Assembly (NCBI GenBank): GCA_016209105.1
Contig: JACQWR010000027.1
Location: forward strand, 1,497 to 65,496
Direction of reading: 5' to 3'
Source: Deltaproteobacteria bacterium
Lineage (GTDB): Bacteria > Desulfobacterota > Syntrophia > Syntrophales > JACQWR01
Length of the DNA stretch: 64,000 bases
Positions 1 to 11,490 of the stretch are shown piece by piece (position 1 is the first letter of the stretch; each line of letters opens with the position of its first letter). Below the pieces are notes generated by a model. That model had not been told where the DNA came from. It did no database searches and saw only the letters and a program-made list of their open reading frames with translations. The position numbers and the translations under genes are program-made.

Positions 1-1
1 C

Positions 2-415
2 GATACGGAGGTTGTCAAGGCCGCGCGGTTACTGCTCGATCATCATATCAATGGTCTGCCCGTAGTTGACAAGAACGGACGCCTGACGGGGATTATTTGT
101 CAGTCCGATCTGATTGCCCAGCAAAAAAAGGTTCCCCTCCCTTCCTTTTTCTTCCTGCTCGACAGCGCTATCCCGCTCACGTCCTCCAAGAGTATTGAAA
201 AAGAGCTGCACAAAATGGCGGCGATCAAGGTTGTAGAAGCCATGACGCCCGATCCCATAACCGTTGGTCCGGAAACACCTCTGGAAGATATCGCCACAAC
301 GATGGTGAAACATAACATACACGTTTTGCCGGTTCTGGATGAAGGCCGACTCGTCGGCATTATCGGCAAAGAGGATATCCTGCGCACCCTTATGTCCAAC
401 GGAAAAAGCGGGTAG
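2..415 (+). CDS. CBS-domain pair protein (5' end outside window)
   Basis: Frame is open from nt 2 to the stop at 413-415. The translation holds two CBS-like motifs (...HHINGLPVVDKNGRLTGIICQSDL... and ...HNIHVLPVLDEGRLVGIIGKEDIL...). Confidence 0.8.
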   Translation, partial: DTEVVKAARLLLDHHINGLPVVDKNGRLTGIICQSDLIAQQKKVPLPSFFFLLDSAIPLTSSKSIEKELHKMAAIKVVEAMTPDPITVGPETPLEDIATTMVKHNIHVLPVLDEGRLVGIIGKEDILRTLMSNGKSG

Positions 416-444
416 CCGATCGGCTGACGGTTAATGACCGCAGG

Positions 445-1284
445 CTATCGTATCAGCGACTTTACCACCTCCATGTTCCGCGGATCATCCGCTTCGGTTT
501 TTTTCGGCGTCTCCATGATCATCGGAATTTCCCTGAACACCGGATGATTGAGCAGGACTTTGAAGGCGCCGAGGCCGATCTTCCCTTCTCCGATATGCCA
601 GTGGCGGTCTCTGTGCGAGCGGAACTCCAGGAGGCAATCGTTTACGTGCATCCCCTTGAGCCGTTCGAGGCCGACCGTGGCCTCGATCTTCTTCACCAGG
701 GCGTTTACGTCTTTTTTCGTTCTGACGTCATAGCCTGCCGCAAAGCCGTGGCAGGTGTCGTAGCAGATGCCGATGCGTACGGAATCACCGAGGCGGGAGA
801 TCACCTCCCCTATCTGTTCCAGCGCATACCCCACGTCCCCGGCCTCTCCCGCCGTATTCTCCAGCAGGATTACGGCCTGCGGCGGGTGAAGCTGCATTGC
901 CTCGTTCAGCGCCTGCGACACACGTCCGATCATCCACTCCGCATCCCTGCCGCTCGCCGAACCGAGATGGATCACCAAGTACTCGGCGCCAAGGCGCTCC
1001 GCGCGTTCAAGATCAACGATGAAGTGTTCGATGGACTTTTCAAACAGATCATCCCGGGGAGAAGCAAGATTGATCAGATAGTTGGTATGGACGAAGACGG
1101 GAGCGATATCCCGTTTCTTGCGGAGCGTTTTGAATCCGGCGATGTCGTCGGGATCGAGCGGTTTTGCGGTCCAGCCGCGCGGGTTCCGGCTGAAGATCTG
1201 CATGCAGGTGCAGCCCAGCCCGAAGGCGCGCTCGACGGAGCGGGAAAAACCGCCGGCGATGGAGACGTGAAAGCCGATGCGCAT
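445..1284 (-). CDS. nfo: endonuclease IV (AP endonuclease family 2)
   Basis: 279-aa ORF with the Nfo-like pattern throughout: MRIGFHVSIAGG, FVHTNYLINLAS, LVIHLGS, LLENTAGE, ICYDTCH, HVNDC, HWHIGEGKIG. Confidence 0.9.
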   Translation of the reverse strand: MRIGFHVSIAGGFSRSVERAFGLGCTCMQIFSRNPRGWTAKPLDPDDIAGFKTLRKKRDIAPVFVHTNYLINLASPRDDLFEKSIEHFIVDLERAERLGAEYLVIHLGSASGRDAEWMIGRVSQALNEAMQLHPPQAVILLENTAGEAGDVGYALEQIGEVISRLGDSVRIGICYDTCHGFAAGYDVRTKKDVNALVKKIEATVGLERLKGMHVNDCLLEFRSHRDRHWHIGEGKIGLGAFKVLLNHPVFREIPMIMETPKKTEADDPRNMEVVKSLIR

Positions 1285-1308
1285 GGCATATCCTCTCTGG
1301 CAACCGAT

Positions 1309-2052
1309 CTAAAACAGCACCTGTGCCGGAATCCCTTCCCGTTCGAACCCCTTCTTTAACGCATCACCCTGTTGAGTGAAGAAGCGGTCCTCAATCGCCC
1401 ACTCCATCTTGTTTGCCCGGTAGATGCGGTTTGCGTAGCGATAGTTCAGCCGGTCCACCAGGACATAGTCCACTGCGCCCGCAAGTTCACCGGCCAGTCT
1501 TTCCGCGCCGGGAAGGATGGGGGCTATCATGGCATAGGTCTTAATCCCCTCTGCATGGAGGGATTTCAGGGCACTGATCCTTTCTCCGATCGGGGAGGCC
1601 CCGGGTTCGAAGATTCTTCGCATCGCCTCATCGGCAGTGCTTATGGAAAAGCCGACCTCCACCTCTTCGGACTTTTGCAGGATGTCACTATCCCGCAGCA
1701 CAAGAGCGGACTTGGTCTGTATCGTTACCGGCCAACCGTTCCCCAGCAGGATCTCCAGACATTGGCGGGTCAGCCGGCACTTCTTCTCCGCGGCCTGATA
1801 GGGGTCGCAGACGCCGCTTACCCAGACCCTCCCCATCCGCTTCTTCATTGTTTCCTTCGCCAGCAGTTGCGGGGCATTGATCTTCACGTCCACAAATGAG
1901 CCCCACGTTTCCCGATGGCCGGTAAACCGCTTCATGAACGCGGCATAACAGTATCTGCACGCATGGCTGCATCCCACATAGGGGTTTAAGGCATAGTCGT
2001 AGACCTGGGATTTCGACAGGACGGACTTCGCGTAAATCTCTTTGATTTTCAT
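1309..2052 (-). CDS. radical SAM protein, SplB/DNA-repair-photolyase-like family
   Basis: 247 aa. N-terminal LNPYVGCSHACRYCYA carries the CxxxCxxC radical SAM motif in the context typical of the COG1533-type family. Confidence 0.7.
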   Translation of the reverse strand: MKIKEIYAKSVLSKSQVYDYALNPYVGCSHACRYCYAAFMKRFTGHRETWGSFVDVKINAPQLLAKETMKKRMGRVWVSGVCDPYQAAEKKCRLTRQCLEILLGNGWPVTIQTKSALVLRDSDILQKSEEVEVGFSISTADEAMRRIFEPGASPIGERISALKSLHAEGIKTYAMIAPILPGAERLAGELAGAVDYVLVDRLNYRYANRIYRANKMEWAIEDRFFTQQGDALKKGFEREGIPAQVLF

Positions 2053-2100
2053 GTGCTGTTTGCTGTCTCTGGGAGGCTTTCTACCAACAGGCTGCTGAAT

Positions 2101-3579
2101 TTATTTAACGATTGCCCGCTGTTTTACTGCGCCGCCGCTCAGCCACTGTGCAACGCCGGAGACGGCGCTGCCTTTCCCTACCAGGGCTATCAGCTCACCC
2201 ACGTAGGACTTCAGCTGCTCGGCCTGTCCGTTCAACACTTCGGAAGCGGAAGCCGACTGCTCCGCACTGGCTGCATTTGCCTGCACCACCCTGTCCATCT
2301 CGGACACCGCCTTGTTGACCTGCTCGATTCCGAGGGCCTGCTCACTGCTGGCGGCGGCGATCTCCTCCACCAGCTTGCCTCCTTTTTTCGCCCCTGTAGC
2401 GACGCGGCCAAAGGCTTCATTCGCCTCCGTCACCAGGTCCGAACCGTGTTTAATCTTTTTCACCGTCCCCTCAATCAGATCCGCCGTCGTTTTGGCCGCA
2501 TCCGCCGCCCGCATCGCCAGGTTTCTGACCTCATCGGCGACGACGGCAAATCCCGCCCCCGCTTCTCCCGCCCGGGCCGCCTCGACCGCGGCATTCAAGG
2601 CCAGGAGATTGGTCTGGAACGCAATTTCATCAATGGTTTTTATGATTTTCGCCGTCTCTTCGCTGGTGTCGGAAATGTCCTTCATGGATTCCGTGAGCTT
2701 GCCCATGGAGAAGTTCGCCTCATCAACCACCCTGCCCGTATCGTTCATCAGTGCGTTGGCCGCGCCGGCGTTATCCGCATTCTGCCTGGTCATGGAGGCC
2801 ATCTCCTCCAGTGAAGAAGATGTCTCTTCTATGCTGGAAGCCTGCTCCGATGCGCCTTCCGCCAGGGACCGGCTTGCCGACGAAACCTGCGAAGAGGCGG
2901 TGGCAATATGCTCCGCGCCTTCCCGAAAGCCGGCGATTACCCGGTTAATGGGGGCCGTTATTGATTTGATCAGGAATATCCCGCCGATGCCGGCGATCAG
3001 GAGCCCGATAATGCTGAAAATGATGATCTTGGCGGAAATATCCCTCACCACCTGATCGTAATTGGTATTCGGCACGCCTACATAAAACATGCCGACGATC
3101 TCCCGGGCGTTGTTCCGTATGGGTTTGTAGGCCGCCTGATTCCAGATTCCGACGACATTTGCCTTACCGACGTAGGTTGCTCCGCTTTTCAAGGTTGCGT
3201 TGATGACATTCTGCGCCGCCTGCGTCCCGACGGCCCGCTCGCCGGACGGTTTTTTTACGTTTGTTGCCACGCGGGTGTCGCCCTGGAAAATGGTTACCGT
3301 ATCGCCGGTCAGTTGGCCGATCGTATCCACGATATCGAAATTTCCATTCATTAGGGCTTCGCCCTTATACAGTTTGCCGTCCCGGATCACCCAGTCGCCG
3401 GGATATTTCACGTTCAGGAGGGCTTCGCCCATGGCCAGGTCGCTTTTTAACTTTTCCTGGGCGGTAACGATTACCTTCTTATGGACGATAAACGTCGTGG
3501 AAGAACCTATCGCCACGATGGTTAAGACAAAAATCACCAGAAACAACACTATTTTTGTTTTTAAGTTCATCTGCTTCAT
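2101..3579 (-). CDS. methyl-accepting chemotaxis protein with periplasmic Cache-like sensor domain
   Basis: 492 aa. N-terminal TM helix, about 150-aa periplasmic region, second TM/HAMP, and the conserved MCP signalling hairpin [38 protein letters not shown]. Confidence 0.9.
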   Translation of the reverse strand: MKQMNLKTKIVLFLVIFVLTIVAIGSSTTFIVHKKVIVTAQEKLKSDLAMGEALLNVKYPGDWVIRDGKLYKGEALMNGNFDIVDTIGQLTGDTVTIFQGDTRVATNVKKPSGERAVGTQAAQNVINATLKSGATYVGKANVVGIWNQAAYKPIRNNAREIVGMFYVGVPNTNYDQVVRDISAKIIIFSIIGLLIAGIGGIFLIKSITAPINRVIAGFREGAEHIATASSQVSSASRSLAEGASEQASSIEETSSSLEEMASMTRQNADNAGAANALMNDTGRVVDEANFSMGKLTESMKDISDTSEETAKIIKTIDEIAFQTNLLALNAAVEAARAGEAGAGFAVVADEVRNLAMRAADAAKTTADLIEGTVKKIKHGSDLVTEANEAFGRVATGAKKGGKLVEEIAAASSEQALGIEQVNKAVSEMDRVVQANAASAEQSASASEVLNGQAEQLKSYVGELIALVGKGSAVSGVAQWLSGGAVKQRAIVK

Positions 3580-3757
3580 ATACTCCTCTTTGCCGTTATC
3601 ATCTCACAAAAGGTTTATTTTATCTTTATACCTGATTCATCGTCATTCCGAGTGAAAAACTTAAAAGAAAAAAAGCATCTCCCTCATTGCCGTACCCAAT
3701 GCCGATCCTTGTCAGAAGCAACCTCTCTAATCTTGGAAACGGTTCTTCGCTATCCAC

Positions 3758-5686
3758 CTACGCCGGAATAATGGGGGGGACGGGGCAGTCCAGGTTTTCG
3801 GCAATGGCCCTGAACAGTTCCGCTTCCGGCACGGTAATCCGATTGTCCGCACCGATACAGAGCAGACAGGCGCTCAAAATGCGTTTTTTGAGATCGAATG
3901 AAGTTTCGGCAAGCCGGGTCAACGTTCGACCCAGCAGTTGCATATTGCACTTTTCCGCCGCCAGAATCGAAAGCGATCTGCCGATGCCCAGGGTTTGGAC
4001 GGCCTTCTGAAAAGCCTCACCGGCGGCCTGTTCGTTCTTGTTTCCCTGACGCGTCAGGATGGACAACAGTTCGAAACACTCCATCTGCACCTGATCTAAA
4101 ATACGGTAACGGACCTTCCGGGGCTTGACCAGCCCAAAAAAGGTGTCGAGGCGATTCGTCAACAAACTGTGGACGGTGAATTCGAAAAGACTGACTGTTC
4201 GGTCGGCCTCAATCAGTTGCTGAACGTCCGCGCGAAATTCCCGGTACTGGGAATGAGACATGTTCTTTAAAGCGGGCCATGCCATATCAACGAGCGGCAA
4301 TCTATGCTCCGGACCCAGCGGGGAGATCAAAGGTCGGAGTCTGGCGATTTCCTGCCCCGTGGCCTGATCGGTACCGCATTTCCCCTCTTGCATCGGGTCA
4401 CCGGTTTGTTCCTCCGCGCACAGCAACAGGCAGTACACCAAGGCCTCGGCGCCCAGGGGGTTGCGCGTCGCTTCAATGATCGCGGGCGGCAGGTCCGCCA
4501 CCAGCTTTTGGGCATACTCTACGTGAACGGCCTGCGTGTTTCCTACTGAAGCGATGAATTGCTTCGGCTCCAGCCGCACCGAGCCGGACAGGGCCTGTAT
4601 GCCGGTATCCGAGACAAGCGCGTCATCGAATGCCCGGCTTTCAGTGATTTCGCGCTCGGAACGCTTCCGGGCCGCAGCCAGCTCCGGATAGGCCATATCA
4701 ATCCGTTTGATGCGTTCCAGCAGAGGAGGGTGGGTCGCAAAGAGGCCGGCAAGGTAGCCCGACAGGGCGCTGCCGAAAAATAAATGGCTGGCTTCCTCGG
4801 CATGAGGATTCAATAGGCGCGTCCCTCTGGGAAAACCGGCAATTTTTTTCAGGGCGCCGGTGATTCCCGAAGGATTGCGCGTGAACTGTACCGCCGCCGC
4901 ATCCGCCAGAAATTCCCGCTGTCGGGAGACGGCGCTCTTGATCAGATTTCCGAAAAAAACTCCGATATAGCCCACGATCATGAGAAGAAACGCGAACATG
5001 GTGAGAAGCGCCGCTCCACGCCCCCGGACGCGAACCCTGTTGTCGAGCATTACGCGTCCGATCACGGCAAGGCAGAGGATGCCGTTGATGACCCCCATGA
5101 GGTTCAGATTGAGACGCATGTCGCCGTTTAGGATGTGACTGAACTCATGGGCGATGACGCCCTGCAATTCGTCGCGGGAGAGCTCGGAAAGGCACCCTTT
5201 GGTAACGGCCACGACGGCGTCATGCGGTTCGTAGCCGGCAGCAAAGGCGTTAATCCCCGATTCTTTCGGCAGGATATACACATGGGGAACCGGGACGCCC
5301 GACGCGATGGCCATTTCCTGCACCACATTCAACAACCGTCGTTCGTCCGGATCGGACGTACTCTGATTGATGGGCACCCCTCCCAGCAATTCGGCTACCC
5401 GTACGCCGCCTTTCCACAGATCAATGATCTTGTAGAGACTGCCGATCAGAATTACGATCGCCACCCAGGCTGCGACGTTGAAAAAAAGCGAGGGATGCCA
5501 CCAGCCATGGAATTCATTGCCATACTGGACGAAGAAGACGATGACAATGGCTGCATACACGCCGCAGATGGTAAGAAGAACAGCCAACAGGAAGAGAAAA
5601 ACGAAAAGCGCAGTCTTGCGCCTGGCCACTGCCTGGCCTTGAAAAAAGTCCATCGTGACGCGACCGGACAGAGCCATCGGGTACAT
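3758..5686 (-). CDS. M48-family (HtpX-like) zinc metalloprotease with long C-terminal extension
   Basis: 642 aa. TM helices flank the HEFSHILNGD (HExxH) motif and a downstream REFLADAAA segment, followed by about 300 aa of non-protease C-terminal domain. Lies immediately downstream of LemA. Confidence 0.8.
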   Translation of the reverse strand: MYPMALSGRVTMDFFQGQAVARRKTALFVFLFLLAVLLTICGVYAAIVIVFFVQYGNEFHGWWHPSLFFNVAAWVAIVILIGSLYKIIDLWKGGVRVAELLGGVPINQSTSDPDERRLLNVVQEMAIASGVPVPHVYILPKESGINAFAAGYEPHDAVVAVTKGCLSELSRDELQGVIAHEFSHILNGDMRLNLNLMGVINGILCLAVIGRVMLDNRVRVRGRGAALLTMFAFLLMIVGYIGVFFGNLIKSAVSRQREFLADAAAVQFTRNPSGITGALKKIAGFPRGTRLLNPHAEEASHLFFGSALSGYLAGLFATHPPLLERIKRIDMAYPELAAARKRSEREITESRAFDDALVSDTGIQALSGSVRLEPKQFIASVGNTQAVHVEYAQKLVADLPPAIIEATRNPLGAEALVYCLLLCAEEQTGDPMQEGKCGTDQATGQEIARLRPLISPLGPEHRLPLVDMAWPALKNMSHSQYREFRADVQQLIEADRTVSLFEFTVHSLLTNRLDTFFGLVKPRKVRYRILDQVQMECFELLSILTRQGNKNEQAAGEAFQKAVQTLGIGRSLSILAAEKCNMQLLGRTLTRLAETSFDLKKRILSACLLCIGADNRITVPEAELFRAIAENLDCPVPPIIPA

Positions 5687-5692
5687 TCCTCG

Positions 5693-6307
5693 CTAAAAAG
5701 AAACCGTTACCGCCTTCTTTTCTTCGGGAGCGGTTATTTCAAACAGGGTCGCCTCCTTGAAATCGAACGCACCGGCAATCAGCGCGTTGGGAAATTTTTC
5801 TCGGGCGATATTGTACTCCATAACCGCGTCGTTATAAGCCTGCCGCGCAAAACCGATTTTGTTTTCCGTGGAAGACAGCTCTTCCATGAGTTGGAGCATG
5901 GTCTGATTGGCCTTCAGATCCGGATAGCTCTCGACCACGGCGAGGAAACGTCCGAGGATGCCGGAGAGCTCCGCTTCCGCTCCCATCAAGCCTTGCATGA
6001 CGGTGGAATTGCCCGGATTGCCGGCCGCCTTTTGACCGGCCTGCACGGCCTGATTGCGCGCCTTCACGACGGCGTCCAGGGTTTCGCGCTCATGCTTGAG
6101 ATATCCCTTGGCGGTTTCCACCAAGTTGGGAATCAAATCATTGCGCCGTTTCAGTTGCACGTCAATTTGGCTGTACCCGTTTTTGTAGCGATTGCGCAAC
6201 GTGACGAGCGTATTATAGATCCCGATGCACGTCAAAACGACCGCCGCGACCAGGCCAAGCAACACGAGCATACCAATCATCGCCATACCCCCTTTCTCTC
6301 CCGACAT
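5693..6307 (-). CDS. lemA: LemA family protein
   Basis: 204 aa. N-terminal TM helix then NTLVTLRNRYKNGYSQIDVQLKRRNDLIPNLVETAKGY, the LemA signature region. The exact start among several Met codons is uncertain. Confidence 0.85.
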   Translation of the reverse strand: MSGEKGGMAMIGMLVLLGLVAAVVLTCIGIYNTLVTLRNRYKNGYSQIDVQLKRRNDLIPNLVETAKGYLKHERETLDAVVKARNQAVQAGQKAAGNPGNSTVMQGLMGAEAELSGILGRFLAVVESYPDLKANQTMLQLMEELSSTENKIGFARQAYNDAVMEYNIAREKFPNALIAGAFDFKEATLFEITAPEEKKAVTVSF

Positions 6308-6367
6308 CCAATAAGGATAAATTCCTGTTTCTCTTCAGCTGGTTCGAACGTGCTCCTGTGTGAAATG

Positions 6368-6396
6368 AAGATAGGGAAAGCGGCTTTGTATGTCAA
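6368..6396 (-). promoter_or_regulatory. candidate sigma-70 promoter for lemA-M48 operon
   Basis: The minus strand reads TTGACA (6396-6391), a 17-nt spacer, then TATCTT (6373-6368), about 60 nt upstream of the lemA ORF start. Confidence 0.4.
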
Positions 6397-6436
6397 GGAG
6401 ATTATAACTCGATCAACTGCGGCGCATCCATGTAAA

Positions 6437-7303
6437 TCACCGGTTAATCAGGACGAGTGCAATGCTCGCGATAACCATACCGAGAATTGCCGTTCCCGTG
6501 TACCGTTCCTTCCAGATGATTGCAGCACACACCGACGTCAAGACAATGGCGCCGGCAGACACCGTTGGAAAAACCACCGTCCCCGGCAACGTCGCAAGGG
6601 CATGAATAATGCCGTAGTTCGAGATCACATTGGTCAACCCCAGTGCGCCTCCGAGGAGCATGTCGGAGACCCTGAGCCTGCCCGGTTTCGCTAAAACGAC
6701 CGTTTGGGCGCCTATCGCTGCGGTAAAGAACATGAGCGTCAGGAATGCCGGTTCGCCTGCGGCAAGCGTACGTGAAAAGGATTTCATCGCCACCCCCACG
6801 ATTCCGATCGTTACGAAGCTCCCGAACAGAACCAGCGGCTTCCATTTGTTTCGCTCCAACCCTACCATGCCGCGTCCTTGCGTAAGCATGGGGATTGCCA
6901 CCAATGCCAGAGCAAAACCGATTCCGCGCGCCAGGCCCGGCTGTTCATCCCAGATCACGATAGAGGCCAACACGGGAATCGCCACAGAAAGGCGGCCCAC
7001 GGACTGCGCGACGCCGACGCCGGCCAGTTTAATCGCCGAGTTGAGGAAATAGAACGCCGAACCGAGAGCAGCGCCGGCGACAACTCCGAGAAACGCCTCC
7101 CCCCAGCTCACGACTGGATGCGGACCGGCAACCCACAGGAACAGACTCGCCGCCGTGGCGGTCCAGTAGTTTACCGGAGCCACCCACAGCATGTTCTGCG
7201 CCCGGTGCTGGCCGTAGCGAATCAGGTGACTGAACGCGGCGCCGAAGATGACTGCCAAAAAGAGACCGGTCACGCAGCAGCCCCTCCGCTCAAGACCCGA
7301 CAC
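6437..7303 (-). CDS. DMT-superfamily (EamA-like) membrane transporter
   Basis: 288 aa, about 10 predicted hydrophobic helices in two halves, Gly/Ala-rich. General resemblance to EamA/RhaT-type permeases; no sharp motif. Confidence 0.55.
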   Translation of the reverse strand: MSGLERRGCCVTGLFLAVIFGAAFSHLIRYGQHRAQNMLWVAPVNYWTATAASLFLWVAGPHPVVSWGEAFLGVVAGAALGSAFYFLNSAIKLAGVGVAQSVGRLSVAIPVLASIVIWDEQPGLARGIGFALALVAIPMLTQGRGMVGLERNKWKPLVLFGSFVTIGIVGVAMKSFSRTLAAGEPAFLTLMFFTAAIGAQTVVLAKPGRLRVSDMLLGGALGLTNVISNYGIIHALATLPGTVVFPTVSAGAIVLTSVCAAIIWKERYTGTAILGMVIASIALVLINR

Positions 7304-7435
7304 CGATACCCGTGGAGCGAATTGTTGTATGCTGCCTTATGCATGTCGCCTCATTCAATTGTGAGCGCATTGATTGAATACGTTCCCTTTTTATGCGATG
7401 TACGTCTGAAAACTTCTCAGAAAACGGGAACTGCC

Positions 7436-8293
7436 TTATGGACATTCAGAGACACCCTGGTACGTGCAGTAATTTGTATGGACTATTTTATGGAATGTTT
7501 CCCGGTCATCCAGAAATTGCTCAACAAACCGCAGGGAAGATTCGACCCGTTCCGGGGTTCCAATCATGGCGTCGCTGCCAAAAAGGATCTTGTCCTGGTA
7601 CTCTCGAATAAAACTTTTATAGGAGAGGGGATCATCCGTCATAAACGGAACAAGGGATGACGTATCCGTGTAACAATTCGGATAGGTCTCTAAAAGATGG
7701 ATTATGGTTTTTCGGGAAAATCCGAAGTGCGGGACGTTGAAGTTTGTCTGCGGGTAGCTCCGGATCATCTCGTTCACGAAGTCGCCATATCTTCTTAAAT
7801 CAGCGTGGAGAAGGACACACATTCCCTGAGACGAAGCGCTCTCGATCAGGCGCGCGGTGATGTCTTCCGACTTCTTTACCGGACGGCCAAAGGCCTGCTC
7901 CATGCCTTTCACCCGAATGGTCGTGTCCTCTTCAGGTATGTAGATGATCTTAAGCCCTTTAAAACCATTCTGCTTGAAACCCTTTATTTTCTCTTCGATG
8001 CCGTTTTCAATGAAACGGGCGTCTACGAAAGGAACGATCGTCAGGGGTTCGGCCCATTCAAAATAGGGAAACGGGTCCTTCTGGTTCTCCAGCACCGACA
8101 ACGTGAAGACGTTGTGAAACGCGCCGGGCACCATCTTGAGAACTGTTTCTATATCCGAGGGAAACTCGGCAAACACCAGGGCATTGAACCCGGCCAGGCC
8201 GATTTTTGTCAAATGGTGAAAAACCCGCCTCAGTTCATCAGGGGGAAAGGGGAAATAGAAGTGGATGTGAGCGTCATAGGGTTTCATGGTCAA
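7436..8293 (-). CDS. amidohydrolase-family metal-dependent hydrolase
   Basis: 285 aa. N-terminal PYDAHIHFY (metal-binding HxH of TIM-barrel amidohydrolases), plus internal HADL and FGSDA motifs. Sits 21 nt downstream of the response regulator gene. Confidence 0.6.
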   Translation of the reverse strand: MTMKPYDAHIHFYFPFPPDELRRVFHHLTKIGLAGFNALVFAEFPSDIETVLKMVPGAFHNVFTLSVLENQKDPFPYFEWAEPLTIVPFVDARFIENGIEEKIKGFKQNGFKGLKIIYIPEEDTTIRVKGMEQAFGRPVKKSEDITARLIESASSQGMCVLLHADLRRYGDFVNEMIRSYPQTNFNVPHFGFSRKTIIHLLETYPNCYTDTSSLVPFMTDDPLSYKSFIREYQDKILFGSDAMIGTPERVESSLRFVEQFLDDRETFHKIVHTNYCTYQGVSECP

Positions 8294-8314
8294 ATTGTCG
8301 TTGTCTCCTTGGTA

Positions 8315-9669
<1,355 letters not shown>

Positions 9670-9673
<4 letters not shown>

Positions 9674-11424
9674 ACCAGCTCCTTGCCCGCTTCGGCCATC
9701 GGCAGACATATCCGAAACAGCGTTCCTTGGCCGGGCCGGCTTTCAACGCTGATGTCTCCCCCGTGACCCTCAATAATCTGATGCACGATCGCCAACCCCA
9801 GACCCGTTCCCTTCTTTTTTTTGCTGAAGAACGGCTCGAACACCTTCCCCCGGTCCTCATCGGGAATACCAGGCCCTGTATCGGCAATGCCTATTTCGAA
9901 GGCCTGCGGAGAACCGGATTTCTTGAGGCTTACCCGAATCGTTCCCCCGCCTTCCATGGATTCCATGGCATTGAGGAGGATGTTGATAAAAACCTGGGAT
10001 AGCTGATCGCGATCAACAAAGATCGCGGGCAATTCCGGTTCGTATTCCTTTACCACGTCCACCTTCCGGGCCGCAAGGTCAGGAGCCAGCAATTTCAGGG
10101 CGTGCTCGACAATATGCTCCGGAGCGTGCAGTTCCCGGTGGGGTTCCTTCGGCCCCGCGAAATCGAGGAGTTCGGTGATCACCCGGTTGAGCCGGTCCAC
10201 TTCTTTGACCATGACGGAGGCATATCCTTCTTCCTCCTCCTGTCCCTTGAAACGCTTCATGAAATACTGGGCAAACCCCCGGATGGAACTTAAGGGGTTG
10301 CGAATCTCATGGGCGACACCGGCAGCCAGCCTTCCGAGAGACGCCATGCGTTCACTCCGGCGCACCTTTTCCTGGAGGTCCCGTATCTGCCGCAGGTCTT
10401 TTATGAGAAGCACCGACCCCATCTCCTGCCCTTTTTCGTCCTTCAGCGGCGCGACACTAATGCGTAAGGAAATCCTGCCGTCCGGCTTCTTCCGGATATC
10501 CACCTCCCGGTCCCTCACGAACACCTGACCCTCGGAGGAATTGAGAATCTCCCCAATCCCTCCGCCCAGGACATCGGCTATGTTCCTGCCCTCCAGCGCC
10601 TCCCGTCCGGAACCGAGGATTTCCAGGGCCTGCCGGTTCAGGGTGACGATCGTCCCCTCTCGGTCGAGAGTGATGAGGCCGTCGGCCATGCTCTCCACCA
10701 CGTTTTCCGTATAGCTCTTCATCCGGTCCAGCGTACGGTCCACGAGGTAATAGTTCTGAACGATAAAAACAAAGTACAGGGCGCCCGTTCCGAGCGCCAC
10801 GAGAATCGCGGCCATGAGGAGGGTGTGGTGCCGGTCTTCCCTGCGGGCCGTCTCAACGGTTGCCAGACGGAGGCTAAGGGCGATCATCTTATCCTCAGCC
10901 CAGCGACTTAGCGGGCCTCCGTGCGCGGTCGCCCGAATCCCTTGCGTATCAAGCAACGGCGGCACGAGATAGGGGCGAAACGGTTGGACAACTTCGAAAG
11001 CCTGCGCCCCTTCCGGCAACTGCCGATAGCGGGTGACCATGCCCTTTTCCCGCACAAGAAGATTAAGGGAAGAGGCCTCCCGCACGTTTTCCGCGGGCGG
11101 ATTTGCCGCAACCACAGCGCCTCCTCCATCAAAGAGTATTATTGCGGCAACTTCCGGTTCGCGGGACACCTCCTCGACGAGCTTCTGCAGGCGCCGGGTA
11201 TCGGGAGCCGTGGAAGGGAAGTCCGCCCTCACGCCGGCCTCTATCGCCCTGATGATAACCAGGCCTTCCCGGACGAGAGATTCTTCCATTCGCCCCCGTT
11301 CCCTGCTCATGTTCCGGTAGGTGGATATCGCAATGATAATCAGAAGGGTGAGCACGGCAGCCACGATGGTCCAGGCGGGCAGGTAGAGCGATTTATAGCG
11401 TTTACCCTTGTTCATTTGTTGCAC
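9670..11424 (-). CDS. sensor histidine kinase (two TM helices, PAS, HisKA, HATPase_c)
   Basis: 584 aa. H-box AAGVAHEIRNPLSSI, N-box NILLNAMES, G-boxes DTGPGI and GTGLGLAI. Translationally coupled to the downstream response regulator. Confidence 0.9.
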
Positions 11425-11490
11425 CTTGCGGGTGGGAACCGTATGAGGATGGGCAGAGAACGGGGCGGTACGGAGAATTAATGGACGCCG

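Noticed and set aside
5135-6694. 519-aa plus-strand ORF spanning the M48/LemA region
   Set aside because: It is antisense to two genes with clear family motifs (HExxH protease, LemA). Its translation is Arg/Gly/His-rich with no recognisable domain. This is typical shadow-ORF behaviour in GC-rich DNA.
7304-8314. Sigma-54 promoter (TGGCAC-N5-TTGC) expected near the NtrC-type regulator and its neighbours
   Set aside because: Reading the intergenic stretches 7304-7435 and 8294-8314 on the minus strand gave no GG-N10-GC element with consensus flanks. The TGGCAC strings seen elsewhere (for example about 21575 and about 29128) are inside coding regions on the wrong strand.
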